A stretch of 64,000 nt of DNA from an uncultured Alphaproteobacteria bacterium (GTDB lineage Bacteria; Pseudomonadota; Alphaproteobacteria; RF32; CAG-239), in the NCBI GenBank assembly GCA_949282205.1, contig CASDOS010000057.1, positions 4,037 to 68,036 of the forward strand, written 5' to 3'. Under the pieces are notes generated by a model, which saw nothing but the letters and a program-made list of their open reading frames with translations, was not told the DNA's origin and searched no databases. Made by a program: the position numbers and the translations under genes. Shown here piece by piece: positions 9,218 to 17,957 of this stretch (position 1 is its first letter; each line of letters opens with the position of its first letter).

Positions 9218-9250
9218 AACGCCTCTTGAAAAAGGGGCGTTTTGCTTTTT
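9218..9250 (+). terminator. intrinsic terminator (conserved copy 2)
   Basis: aacgcctc/ggggcgtt stem followed by TTTTGCTTTTT. Homologous to 7872-7905. Confidence 0.65.
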
Positions 9251-9305
9251 ATGAGAGGTTCGCCGGTTGGCTGAGATTTTTGTTCTTTATTTTTGTTTAG
9301 GGGAT

Positions 9306-9331
9306 TAAAAAAGCCTGCTTTAATGCAGGCT
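9306..9331 (-). terminator. intrinsic terminator of ftsH
   Basis: On the minus strand: agcctgc attaa gcaggct followed by T6. Confidence 0.65.
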
Positions 9332-9347
9332 TTTCGGTTCGTTTTCT

Positions 9348-11213
9348 TTATAGCTCCGGTACGGACGCTTTGGTGCGCTTTTCTTCCGGAACAGGTGCGT
9401 CTTTGTTTTTATCTACCACTTTACCGGCTAAGACGTCTTTAATTTCATCTCCGGTTAGGGTTTCATATTCCATTAACGCTTGGGCTAAAGTTTCCCAATC
9501 TTGTTTGTGTTTTTGCAAAATCTTTTTAGCTTCTTCATAACCGTCGGTTACAAGTCTTTTGATTTCCGCATCCACCAAACGTGCCGTATCTTCACTCATA
9601 TTCTGATTTTGAGTTACCGAGCGACCTAAGAAAACTTCATTGGAGTTTTCAGAATAACGAATCGGTCCCAATAAATCACTCATGCCCCATTCGGTTACCA
9701 TTGCTCGCGCCAAATTTGTCGCCGCATTGATATCCGATGACGCGCCTGATGTTACCGCATCATAGCCGAATTTTAATTCTTCAGCGACACGGCCTCCCAT
9801 CAATATCGCTAATCGGGATAGCATTTGGGCTCGCGTATATGAGTATTTATCCTTTTCCGGCAATTGCTGTACCATACCCAAAGCACGACCTCTCGGAATA
9901 ATTGTCGCTTTGTGTATCGGGTCGGTGTCTTTGACATTTAATGAGCAAATCGCATGACCGGCTTCGTGATAAGCTGTTAATTGCTTTTCTTTCTCATCCA
10001 TGGCCATAGATTTACGCTCATTACCCATCAGTACTTTATCTTTTGCAGCATCAAAGTCTGCCGAACTTACTTTCAACTTGTTTTTGCGAGCTGCCAATAG
10101 AGCCGCTTCATTGACTAAGTTGGCGAGATCCGCTCCCGAAAAACCAGGTGTGCCGCGTGCAACTATGCTTAAGTTGACATCTTTGGCCAAAGGTACTTTG
10201 CGTGTATGTACTTTCAATATTTCTTCACGTCCTTTAACGTCCGGATTGTTTACCGTTACCTGACGGTCAAAACGTCCTGGGCGGAGTAGGGCAGGGTCTA
10301 ATACGTCCGGACGGTTGGTCGCCGCGATGATAATTACATTTTCGTTGGCTTCAAAACCATCCATTTCTACCAATAATTGGTTTAAGGTTTGTTCGCGTTC
10401 ATCGTTGCCGCCGCCTAAACCCGCGCCACGATGACGACCGACTGCGTCAATCTCATCAATGAACAGCAAGCATGGTGCGTTCTTTTTGGCTTGTGCAAAC
10501 ATATCTCTTACACGCGAAGCTCCAACGCCCACAAACATCTCTACAAAGTCCGAACCCGAAATCGAAAAGAATGGAACGTTTGCTTCTCCAGCCACAGCTT
10601 TGGCTAATAAAGTTTTACCTGTTCCCGGAGGTCCGACCAATAATACACCTCTCGGAATTTTGCCGCCTAAACGTTGGAATTTTTGCGGGTCTTTCAAAAA
10701 GTCAATAATCTCTTCTAACTCTTGTTTGCTCTCATCGGCTCCGGCAACATCCGCAAAGGTGACTTTTTTGGTATTCTCTATCAGTCTTGCTCTGGATTTG
10801 CCGAAACTCATTGCCTTATTATTGCCGGAATTGGCTTGACGCATGAAGAATATCCATACACCAATTAGCAATAACATTGGAAACCATGATATGACTATTC
10901 CCCAGAAAGTACTTTCGGATGTGTCTATCGGGCGGGCTTCTATTTTTACGCCATACTTGCGTAAGGTTTCAACCATACTCGGATCGAACGGGGCGTAAGT
11001 TCTGAATTTACTGCCGTTGTTGTAATTGCCGTAGATGTCATTGCCTACGATGGTTACGGACTCTATTTGGCTGTTTTCGGCTTTATCCATAAATTCCGAA
11101 AAGGCTATCGGTGTGGTGGCATTTTGACGTGCGGTGGGGGTGAAATTATTCATTATCACACTCAGCAGTATAAAAGCCACCAACCAAAATATCATGCTTT
11201 TCATCGGTTTCAT
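9348..11213 (-). CDS. ftsH: ATP-dependent zinc metalloprotease FtsH
   Basis: 621-aa ORF. N-terminal TM segments, Walker [19 protein letters not shown], the AAA second region of homology, and the zinc site HEAGHA. Confidence 0.95.
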   Translation of the reverse strand: MKPMKSMIFWLVAFILLSVIMNNFTPTARQNATTPIAFSEFMDKAENSQIESVTIVGNDIYGNYNNGSKFRTYAPFDPSMVETLRKYGVKIEARPIDTSESTFWGIVISWFPMLLLIGVWIFFMRQANSGNNKAMSFGKSRARLIENTKKVTFADVAGADESKQELEEIIDFLKDPQKFQRLGGKIPRGVLLVGPPGTGKTLLAKAVAGEANVPFFSISGSDFVEMFVGVGASRVRDMFAQAKKNAPCLLFIDEIDAVGRHRGAGLGGGNDEREQTLNQLLVEMDGFEANENVIIIAATNRPDVLDPALLRPGRFDRQVTVNNPDVKGREEILKVHTRKVPLAKDVNLSIVARGTPGFSGADLANLVNEAALLAARKNKLKVSSADFDAAKDKVLMGNERKSMAMDEKEKQLTAYHEAGHAICSLNVKDTDPIHKATIIPRGRALGMVQQLPEKDKYSYTRAQMLSRLAILMGGRVAEELKFGYDAVTSGASSDINAATNLARAMVTEWGMSDLLGPIRYSENSNEVFLGRSVTQNQNMSEDTARLVDAEIKRLVTDGYEEAKKILQKHKQDWETLAQALMEYETLTGDEIKDVLAGKVVDKNKDAPVPEEKRTKASVPEL

Positions 11214-11380
11214 CTATTTTCATTTCCCTTTTATATATTTTCCCTTTTCAGGGCGTGTATAAACTCTAGTTTTTCAGTTATATTATATAGAGTGAACTCG
11301 GTTAAAACTCAATAGCTATTTTTATTTTAGGGAAAATTTGGGGGTAGATTGGCTTGTATCTTTAGACGGAATTTTTTTAT

Positions 11381-11560
11381 AAAAAAAGCCCGCAGTCATA
11401 AGGCGGGCGGATGTTCAGAAACCGTAAGCAATTGACGGCTCGACTTATTTGATGACTCTTATTCGTCGACATCCGTCCGAACGTGACTTATCTTTTACCT
11501 CTTCGGGGCTATTGCTTAAGGGATTCTGATGCCCTGAACTTGATAGTAGTACCAAATTCT
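11381..11560 (-). ncRNA. candidate structured small RNA of about 180 nt, identity unknown (6S-like size and shape not confirmed)
   Basis: Minus-strand promoter TTGCAA (11590-11595), 17 nt, TATAGT (11567-11572). Minus-strand terminator gcccgc-N9-gcgggc plus T7 ending at about 11381. Long-range complementarity inside the transcript (tcagaa/ttctga, taagcaat/attgctta, gacgg/ccgtc, tcgac/gtcga). No ORF. Confidence 0.45.
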
Positions 11561-11566
11561 TGGGTA

Positions 11567-11595
11567 ACTATATATTAGCTTATATGTTTTTGCAA
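11567..11595 (-). promoter_or_regulatory. sigma70-type promoter of the sRNA candidate
   Basis: Read on the minus strand: TTGCAA, 17-nt spacer, TATAGT. Confidence 0.55.
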
Positions 11596-11748
11596 TCTTT
11601 TTTTTGTTTTTTTAGGTTTGAAAGTGTAAAAAATACTCAAAAGAGTATATGTGACCGATAGAAAATTTAGTCTTTTTTAGGGAAATTTGTTACTGACAGA
11701 GTTTTCTGGAGGGAGAATGTTTATTGGGGACTTGTTGAAAAGTCCTAT

Positions 11749-12681
11749 TTATGCATGACGGAGTTTGAATACTCCGTCTTCGTAGCCTTGTATGCTTTTA
11801 TCGCTTTGTGCCATTTCCAATCTTTTTTCCGCCAATGCCACATACTCTTTTTCTCGCTCAATGCCTACATATCGACGCCCTAATTTGGCGGCAGTTACCG
11901 ATGTCGTGCCTGAACCTAAAAACGGATCAAAAACAACTTCCCCTTCGTTGCTCGAGGCTAAAATCAATTTGGCAATCAATTTTTCCGGCTTTTGGGTAGG
12001 GTGCGGTGTGTTTTCTGACATTGACCAAAACGGAATGGATATGTCGGTCCATAAATTTGATGGGGCTGTCAGGCGATATTTCTTTCCTTCTTCCTCATCG
12101 TCTTCCTGCCAGTCTTTCGGAATCCCGTTATCATCTTTGTACGGCGCTAAAACCGGGCGTTTTAATTTAACCGCATCTAAATTAAAGGTGTATTCACTTG
12201 ATTTAGTAAAAAACCAGATGTCTTCAATGCAGTTCTTCCAATTGTTGCCCGAACTGCGACCTTTTTCGCGTTCCCATGTTATTCTGTTTTTTAGTAGGAA
12301 ATATTTGCCGGCAATTTCCGGTATGGCTATGGATGTGTTCCAATCTGAGCAAATGTACAAACTGCCGTTCGGTTTTAAAGATATAAAAACTTCCGCAAGC
12401 CATTTATCCATCCATCGCTTGTAGTCGTTCCAATCCATCGATTTGAATTCTTTGGTGCCGAATTTTTTGGTTAGGTTATATGGGGGATCGACAACAACCA
12501 AATCCGCAAAATTTGCCGGTAAAAATTTTAGGGCTTCAAATGTATCTTGCCAGATGGTGCGGTTTAAAATTTCACTGACTTTTGCTTTTTTAGTCAGTGT
12601 TATCGCTTTTGATGAATATTCATCGACTTTTTCTGGGCTTAGTACAATGGTTTTGTTGCGGGGAGCCGGTGTCGATGTCAT
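11749..12681 (-). CDS. beta-class DNA methyltransferase (N6-adenine or N4-cytosine), orphan
   Basis: 310-aa ORF. The catalytic DPPYN motif comes before the SAM motif FDPFLGSGTT (beta-class order), and HPTQKP is present. It lacks the C-terminal extension of about 80 aa found in canonical CcrM. No restriction endonuclease gene is adjacent. Confidence 0.8.
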   Translation of the reverse strand: MTSTPAPRNKTIVLSPEKVDEYSSKAITLTKKAKVSEILNRTIWQDTFEALKFLPANFADLVVVDPPYNLTKKFGTKEFKSMDWNDYKRWMDKWLAEVFISLKPNGSLYICSDWNTSIAIPEIAGKYFLLKNRITWEREKGRSSGNNWKNCIEDIWFFTKSSEYTFNLDAVKLKRPVLAPYKDDNGIPKDWQEDDEEEGKKYRLTAPSNLWTDISIPFWSMSENTPHPTQKPEKLIAKLILASSNEGEVVFDPFLGSGTTSVTAAKLGRRYVGIEREKEYVALAEKRLEMAQSDKSIQGYEDGVFKLRHA

Positions 12682-12956
12682 TGATTTTCGCCAAACTTGT
12701 TATTTACGAGCTCGGTTAAATTGCTTATTGCTTGGGCGGCATCTTCACCGCTGGCACTTACTTTTATGGTTGTGCCTTTGACCGCGGCTAACATCATTAA
12801 ACCCATGATGGAATTCCCTTCTACCGTTTGACCAAGTCTTTCGACTTCTACTTCCGCGTTTAGTCCATCTATCGCTTTAACGAAACTGGCTGCGGCTCTG
12901 GCGTGTAATCCTCTTTCGTTTATTATATTTAATTCTACGCAGATTTTATCGCTCAT
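12678..12956 (-). CDS. ptsH: phosphocarrier protein HPr (NPr-type)
   Basis: 92-aa ORF. The GLHARAAA motif carries the active-site His, and the fold length is HPr-like. Its TGA stop overlaps the methyltransferase ATG (ATGA). Confidence 0.85.
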   Translation of the reverse strand: MSDKICVELNIINERGLHARAAASFVKAIDGLNAEVEVERLGQTVEGNSIMGLMMLAAVKGTTIKVSASGEDAAQAISNLTELVNNKFGENQ

Positions 12957-12958
12957 CT

Positions 12959-13357
12959 TTATTTTCCCAGTAATTCAGAGGCTATGGTGATATATTTAAT
13001 GCCGGCTTCTTTCGCTCCGCTTACCGCTTCTTTTAAGCCTTTTTCTTTACGCAGTGTATTCAGTTTTACCAACATTGGCAGATTGATACCCGCAATCACT
13101 TCCACTTTGGCTCTGTCCATTATTGATATCGCTAAATTTGACGGTGTGCCGCCGAACATGTCGGTCAATACGATAACTCCATCTCCGCTGTCTACGTTTT
13201 GTACTTTATTCAATATATCGTTGCGACGCTCGTTCATGTCGTCGTTGGGACCGATGCATGCGGTTTCTATTTGTTCCTGCGGACCGACGATGTGTTGCAT
13301 CGCAGATTTGAATTCTTCGGCCAGGCGACCGTGTGTGACCAACACTATTCCTATCAT
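12959..13357 (-). CDS. PTS EIIA component, mannose/fructose family
   Basis: 132-aa ORF. MIGIVLVTHGRLAEEF carries the phospho-His, and DMFGGTPSN is typical of EIIA-Man. Confidence 0.8.
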   Translation of the reverse strand: MIGIVLVTHGRLAEEFKSAMQHIVGPQEQIETACIGPNDDMNERRNDILNKVQNVDSGDGVIVLTDMFGGTPSNLAISIMDRAKVEVIAGINLPMLVKLNTLRKEKGLKEAVSGAKEAGIKYITIASELLGK

Positions 13358-13774
13358 TTATTTTGCTCCATTTTTCCAGATTTTAACCGCACCGAAAGCC
13401 TCAATGATTTCTTGTTTGCTCTTGATGCGTTCTAATTCATCGGCTCGGGTTTGACGACCTTTAAACGAAAATTCTTCTACGGTGTCTACGGGGACGGCAT
13501 AAGTGCGTTCTACCGTTTCTCCGTTTATCTCTACAATCATGACAAATTCCGACTCGGCTAATACGGAACCCGTTTCTCCGTTTATTCCTTCCAATTTTAC
13601 CGCAATTTTGCCATCCCTCTTTAGTAATGCGGTATTCTTACCGTCATATTCTAACATCGGGTTAATCGGACTGTCCTTGCGGGCATCGATGAATATGGCT
13701 AATTCCCCGAATTTGTTTTCTATGATTTCAAAAAAATCTTGTTTCTCTATTAATGTGTAATATTGATTTTCCAT
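13358..13774 (-). CDS. hypothetical protein, first gene of the EIIA-HPr-methyltransferase operon
   Basis: 138-aa ORF. Its stop abuts the EIIA start (TAAATG). It has no Walker A motif, so it is not an HprK. No family recognised. Confidence 0.55.
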   Translation of the reverse strand: MENQYYTLIEKQDFFEIIENKFGELAIFIDARKDSPINPMLEYDGKNTALLKRDGKIAVKLEGINGETGSVLAESEFVMIVEINGETVERTYAVPVDTVEEFSFKGRQTRADELERIKSKQEIIEAFGAVKIWKNGAK

Positions 13775-13812
13775 GTTTCGGCTCTTGTCTAATTAATGTT
13801 ACCAACGTTATC

Positions 13813-13841
13813 AAAATATCACAAACTTTTATAAGTGTCAA
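13813..13841 (-). promoter_or_regulatory. sigma70-type promoter for the 138aa-EIIA-HPr-MTase operon
   Basis: Read on the minus strand: TTGACA (13836-13841), 17-nt spacer, TATTTT (13813-13818), about 40 nt upstream of the 13774 start. Confidence 0.5.
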
Positions 13842-13857
13842 TTAAGTTTATTCTGAC

Positions 13858-14649
13858 TTAGTCGTTTTCTTTGCCGGTGTCATTGTTTAGTCCTAAATTT
13901 TGTTGAGGCGTATTTTCTCTTAGATGCTCGGATAATCTTTTGCTCGGGGTGCGGCGTCCGGATTTTTTTAATATTAATTTGGCTAGTTCATTTTCATCTT
14001 TTTCGTCGGCAAAATCTGACATCGTTTCTGCCGGTAAATTACTCAGTTCTTCTTCGGAAAATCGCTTTTTGACATTCTTGATGCCTTGAATGCTCTGGGG
14101 TAAATCTTCTTGCGGCAAATTTCCTCTTAGATTTAATGGCTTGGTGATTTTTTGTTTTAATACCTGTCGGCGTATTTCTGTCGGTGTTTGTTCCGAAGAA
14201 TTTAGCAGGCGGGCTTCTGCTCTGGTCGGTTTTGTTGATAAACCGGCACTTTGGGCGGCTATGTTTGCACTCATTACGGCGTTTAATTTTCCGGCCATGT
14301 GTTGTTCTTGGGTTATCCTTATCGTTTCTTTTTCTTGACGGGCGCGAGCTTGTTCTTCGTCATATATTTCTTCATTATCTAATAAATTGATGTTGAAAAA
14401 TGTGTTTCCATCTTCTTCATCTTCTTCATCATCGTAGACTTCTTTGATTTTTTTGCGGAGGCGGTTTAAGGCTTGCGGGGATGGGGTGGGCGTGGCTTGC
14501 TTGCGTAGTTGAGCGGCGTTTTCAGTCGTGGCTGCATCTTCCAATTCGGCTCGACCTTCCAATCTTTTGCTAATGCGCTCTGCATCGGAAACGCTCTTCT
14601 TTTCCCAGTTTATCAGCTCTTTTTTGTTGGGGGCGAGTTTTTCCGTCAT
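13858..14649 (-). CDS. hypothetical charged, low-complexity protein
   Basis: 263-aa ORF, rich in E/K/Q/R with an acidic DDEEDEEDG stretch. No TM segment. No family recognised. Confidence 0.5.
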   Translation of the reverse strand: MTEKLAPNKKELINWEKKSVSDAERISKRLEGRAELEDAATTENAAQLRKQATPTPSPQALNRLRKKIKEVYDDEEDEEDGNTFFNINLLDNEEIYDEEQARARQEKETIRITQEQHMAGKLNAVMSANIAAQSAGLSTKPTRAEARLLNSSEQTPTEIRRQVLKQKITKPLNLRGNLPQEDLPQSIQGIKNVKKRFSEEELSNLPAETMSDFADEKDENELAKLILKKSGRRTPSKRLSEHLRENTPQQNLGLNNDTGKEND

Positions 14650-14679
14650 TGCTTTTCTCCTTTGTGTGTACTTGCTTGA

Positions 14680-16302
14680 TTATTCGCGATGGTAGGTAAT
14701 CATTAAACTGGTGTCGGCCAATATTACCGGCGTTACTTTTAATTTTTGCTTACTGCGCATTTTTAATGTAAATGGTGTGCAGGTGGTGATATGCTTTAAC
14801 ATGTCTTCTCTGAATGTTTGCCAGTCTTCCACTTCCGGCAACTTCTTCTTTTGTTTGTCCAGTATGTCGCGGATTGCCGGTGTGTCTTGTATTTCGGTTT
14901 CGGCTATTCCCCATAAACTTAAAAATGAACTGTTGTAGGTCTTGAGGCGTAAATTCGGTGTGAAGATAATTACAGAATCGTCAATGTTATCTAAAATGTC
15001 CCGCTGAACCGCAATTAAATCGCTTAGATGTCTTGCCGCCGCTAAACGGTCGGTTATATCTTCATAGGCGATAATCGTTCCGTCTGGATGGGGCGCACGA
15101 ATGCGGCGGAATGTTCTGCCGTCCGGTATATACAATAAATCTTCCTTTTGTTCGGTTAATGAATCGAAGGCCTTGTTTTCTTCATCTTTATAGGCTTTGA
15201 AATCCGATACTTCGGGTAGAGTCTTTTGCTCGCGAATCTTATCTAAAAACAGGTTGTAATGCGGTGGGTTGTCTAAAAAGTTATTCGGTAAATTCCATAA
15301 TTTCAAAAAAGCTGTGTTTCCGAATGTAAACTCGTGTTTCGTATTTATTATGCAAAATGCCGTGTCTAATGAGCTTAATATGTCTAAGTGCGTATCTAAG
15401 TGGACTTGATAATTACGTTTTACTTCGTCAAAACCCGTGATGTCTATTAATGAGCCGATGGTGTGGGAGGTCTTGAGTGACGAATCGTAGTAGGGGGTTT
15501 CCGTTATCTCATATTTCTTTAATTCACCGTTGTTTAGAATGTTGATTTGTTTTTTTTGCGGGGTGTTTGATTCTTTGGCGGTTTTGGCTAATTCCAATAA
15601 GTTTGAGGTGTTGCCTAAATCTCGTAATGTACTGTTTTCCGGCGTGATGTCTTTGAAATTTTTTAATCCTAATAAATTTAGGTATTGGCGGTTTAAAATT
15701 CGAATATTTAATGACGAATCTCGCAACCATATCGGATAGGGGAGATTGTCGATTAATATTCTGAAATCTTCAACCTCTTTGCGGCTTAATATGGCTTCTT
15801 CCGTTGCGCGGTCGATGAAATTGGTTTCTCGCGTGATATCTCTGAACCATAGACAGTTGCTGTTTATTTGCGAATCGGATGAGTTTATGCGTACTCCCGT
15901 TACGACAAAGGTTTTGTGATTGTTACCGTGGGCTAATACTTCGAAACTTAAACCAGTCTTTTTTAAATTATTGAACATTCCGTTTAGCTTTTCCGAATCG
16001 GTGCGGCTAAATGCCGAAAGTATTTCGTTTAGGGTGCTTTGTTCGCCGTTCGGTAAATTTAGCATGGTGGCTAAACGACGTGAACAGTATTGGTATTCTT
16101 TGTTCTTGTATATGGATAGAGTCAGGTAGCCGTCTTTTGAGGCGTACAGCATTTCTTCATAATGGCGCGTGGCGATGTCTTGTTTGGATAAATCGTTCTT
16201 CAGCTTGCGGTTGCGACGAATTAAAATGACAGCTAATAGCGGAAATACCAAACTTATTGATAGCCATATATACAGCAATGTTGTCAGTGTTTCTATTGTC
16301 AT
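14680..16302 (-). CDS. membrane-anchored multi-PAS-like sensor protein without a recognisable output domain
   Basis: 540-aa ORF with one N-terminal TM segment. Four segments of about 110 aa have PAS-like signatures (for example PYPIWLRDSSLNIRILNRQYLNLLGL and LDTAFCIINTKHEFTFGNTAFLKLWNL). I could find no H-box or HATPase motifs. Confidence 0.55.
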   Translation of the reverse strand: MTIETLTTLLYIWLSISLVFPLLAVILIRRNRKLKNDLSKQDIATRHYEEMLYASKDGYLTLSIYKNKEYQYCSRRLATMLNLPNGEQSTLNEILSAFSRTDSEKLNGMFNNLKKTGLSFEVLAHGNNHKTFVVTGVRINSSDSQINSNCLWFRDITRETNFIDRATEEAILSRKEVEDFRILIDNLPYPIWLRDSSLNIRILNRQYLNLLGLKNFKDITPENSTLRDLGNTSNLLELAKTAKESNTPQKKQINILNNGELKKYEITETPYYDSSLKTSHTIGSLIDITGFDEVKRNYQVHLDTHLDILSSLDTAFCIINTKHEFTFGNTAFLKLWNLPNNFLDNPPHYNLFLDKIREQKTLPEVSDFKAYKDEENKAFDSLTEQKEDLLYIPDGRTFRRIRAPHPDGTIIAYEDITDRLAAARHLSDLIAVQRDILDNIDDSVIIFTPNLRLKTYNSSFLSLWGIAETEIQDTPAIRDILDKQKKKLPEVEDWQTFREDMLKHITTCTPFTLKMRSKQKLKVTPVILADTSLMITYHRE

Positions 16303-16475
16303 TTTATTCTTTCCGTTTCTTCTTTCCGCGCGCAGCTCTGTACCGACGGGGTAAAAAATGCTTTTTTAAGTTTGAGGTTAAAATTTTCGGTTGTTTGTTT
16401 TTTTGTTTTATTATATAGCTAGTTCTATGATATTTGTTTGGCGATAGCAAATTAAAAATTGAAAGAGTGAACAAT

Positions 16476-17132
16476 ATGTATACGTTGGTTTTTGATACAA
16501 CCGGAAACGGGTTGGCTTTGGCACTTTATAAAGATGAAAAATGTGTGCAAAAAATAGAGAAAAATGAAGAGTTTGGACAGGCGGAACATTTAGCGGTCGG
16601 TATGGCGCAAATTCTTAAGGATAATAAACTGAAAATGGCTGATGTCGAATTGTTGGGCGTTTGTACGGGACCGGGGTCTTTTACAGGAGTGCGTTCCGGC
16701 TTGGCTTTTGCGCGTGGTTTGGGGTTGGGCGCACCGCAATTGAAACTGACCGGCGTGACGGCGTTTGATGTTTATGCTAATATGCTTAAAGAAAAGGACA
16801 GGGCTTTTTATAATGCAGTCGTGATTGAAACGAAACGTGAGGATTTTTATTTTCAGTTGTTTGATGAAAATTTAAAGAAAATTTCTGAGCCGCTGGCTTT
16901 GACGCGTGAGGAAATCGCTCGTAAACTCAGAGGAAAACAGGTCAGCTTTATCGGTGATGGCGTGGAGAGGCTGCTTTCACTTTCTTTAGGTTTGCAAATT
17001 AAACAGGTCGAAATTGTGGATATGATGGATGTTGAGGCACTCTTTCGAACCGTTTATCAAAAATATTTGCAGAAAATGCTTGATTTTCCCAAACCGCTGT
17101 ATATAAGAGGGGCTGACACTTGTGTAAAATGA
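16476..17132 (+). CDS. tsaB: tRNA t6A37 threonylcarbamoyltransferase complex subunit TsaB
   Basis: The ORF track starts at TTG 16434. The ATG at 16476 gives MYTLVFDTTGNGLALAL, and the GPGSFTGVRSG motif is typical of TsaB/YeaZ. Confidence 0.8.
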   Translation: MYTLVFDTTGNGLALALYKDEKCVQKIEKNEEFGQAEHLAVGMAQILKDNKLKMADVELLGVCTGPGSFTGVRSGLAFARGLGLGAPQLKLTGVTAFDVYANMLKEKDRAFYNAVVIETKREDFYFQLFDENLKKISEPLALTREEIARKLRGKQVSFIGDGVERLLSLSLGLQIKQVEIVDMMDVEALFRTVYQKYLQKMLDFPKPLYIRGADTCVK

Positions 17133-17225
17133 ATAAAAAATTATAGATATGTTATAAAATTGGTGTTAGATACCTATTCTAATGGAATTTGTTTATGTTT
17201 ATCTTATTTATGAAAGAGGTTTGCC

Positions 17226-17507
17226 GTGACTAGATCCGAATTGATTGAAAATATTGCTAAGAAAAATCCTAACCTTCTGTTAAGCGATATTGAAAGAATT
17301 GTCAGTGTTATTTTTTCTAGTATGACGAGCGCTTTGGCTAAAGGCGATCGTGTCGAATTCAGAGGCTTCGGAGTGTTTTCAATTCATAAACGCTCTCCGA
17401 GAATCGCTCAGAACCCGAGAACCGGCGATAAAGTGAAAATCGGTAATCGTAATATTGTACATTTTCGCGTTGGTAAAGAATTACACGAGAAAATGAACGA
17501 AAATTAA
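17226..17507 (+). CDS. ihfB: integration host factor subunit beta
   Basis: 93-aa HU/IHF-family ORF with a GTG start. Contains RVEFRGFGVFS and NPRTGDKV motifs. Synteny with a lapA-like gene downstream. Confidence 0.8.
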   Translation: MTRSELIENIAKKNPNLLLSDIERIVSVIFSSMTSALAKGDRVEFRGFGVFSIHKRSPRIAQNPRTGDKVKIGNRNIVHFRVGKELHEKMNEN

Positions 17508-17534
17508 TCCTTTTTCTTCCTGATTGGAGGTCGT

Positions 17535-17924
17535 ATGTGGCTGATTAAAATCTTACTTATGGCACTGTTTTTTGTTTTTTTGGTGCAGAATAATGAAATG
17601 GTTAATGTCTGGCCGATACCGCAGGATAATCTGACTGTCGCCGTTAGCGTCGTCTATCTTGTACTGTTTTGTGTGGGATATCTTTGCGGGAGATTGTCGG
17701 CTTGGGCCGCTTACGCTCCTCTCAGAGCGATGGTCAGAAAACAGAAAAAAGAAAATAAATTGCTTTCTAAAGAGCATGAAAAACTTAATCAAGAACACGA
17801 AAAATTAAATCAGCAAATTACTTCTTTGCAGGAAGAGGCTGAGAGAAATGAAAAAACAAACGGCTTTTTGTTGAACAGAAAAATTAAAGGGTGGTTTTCT
17901 AAACCCTCTGTGGAAGATAAGTGA
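17535..17924 (+). CDS. lapA: LapA-family (DUF1049) inner-membrane protein
   Basis: 129-aa ORF with two N-terminal TM segments followed by a coiled-coil tail containing the repeated EHEKLNQ. Position downstream of ihfB is typical. Confidence 0.6.
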   Translation: MWLIKILLMALFFVFLVQNNEMVNVWPIPQDNLTVAVSVVYLVLFCVGYLCGRLSAWAAYAPLRAMVRKQKKENKLLSKEHEKLNQEHEKLNQQITSLQEEAERNEKTNGFLLNRKIKGWFSKPSVEDK

Positions 17925-17957
17925 GTTATAAAAAAAAGAACTAAAGCGAGGTAAATT

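Noticed and set aside
11381-11560. Firm identification of the sRNA candidate as 6S RNA, SRP RNA, tmRNA or RNase P RNA
   Set aside because: The SRP, tmRNA and RNase P signature sequences are absent. 6S-like size and rod shape are suggestive, but the internal loop is strongly asymmetric and I cannot verify 6S covariation without a covariance-model search.
11792-12424. 210-aa plus-strand ORF overlapping the methyltransferase gene
   Set aside because: It is antisense to a gene with clear DPPY and FxGxG motifs. It has no motifs of its own and a serine/leucine-rich composition typical of a shadow frame.
11749-12681. Restriction-modification or other defence system around the methyltransferase
   Set aside because: The flanking genes are HPr/EIIA on one side and an sRNA candidate and ftsH on the other. 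No endonuclease, specificity subunit or ATPase is present, so it is treated as an orphan methyltransferase.
11749-12681. Calling the methyltransferase CcrM
   Set aside because: It shares the beta-class motif order with CcrM. But it is about 50 aa shorter, lacks the C-terminal DNA-binding extension, and has a divergent central region. Target specificity cannot be inferred without methylome data.
13358-13774. Annotating the 138-aa ORF as a short HprK/P because of its position
   Set aside because: It has no P-loop or other HprK catalytic motifs.
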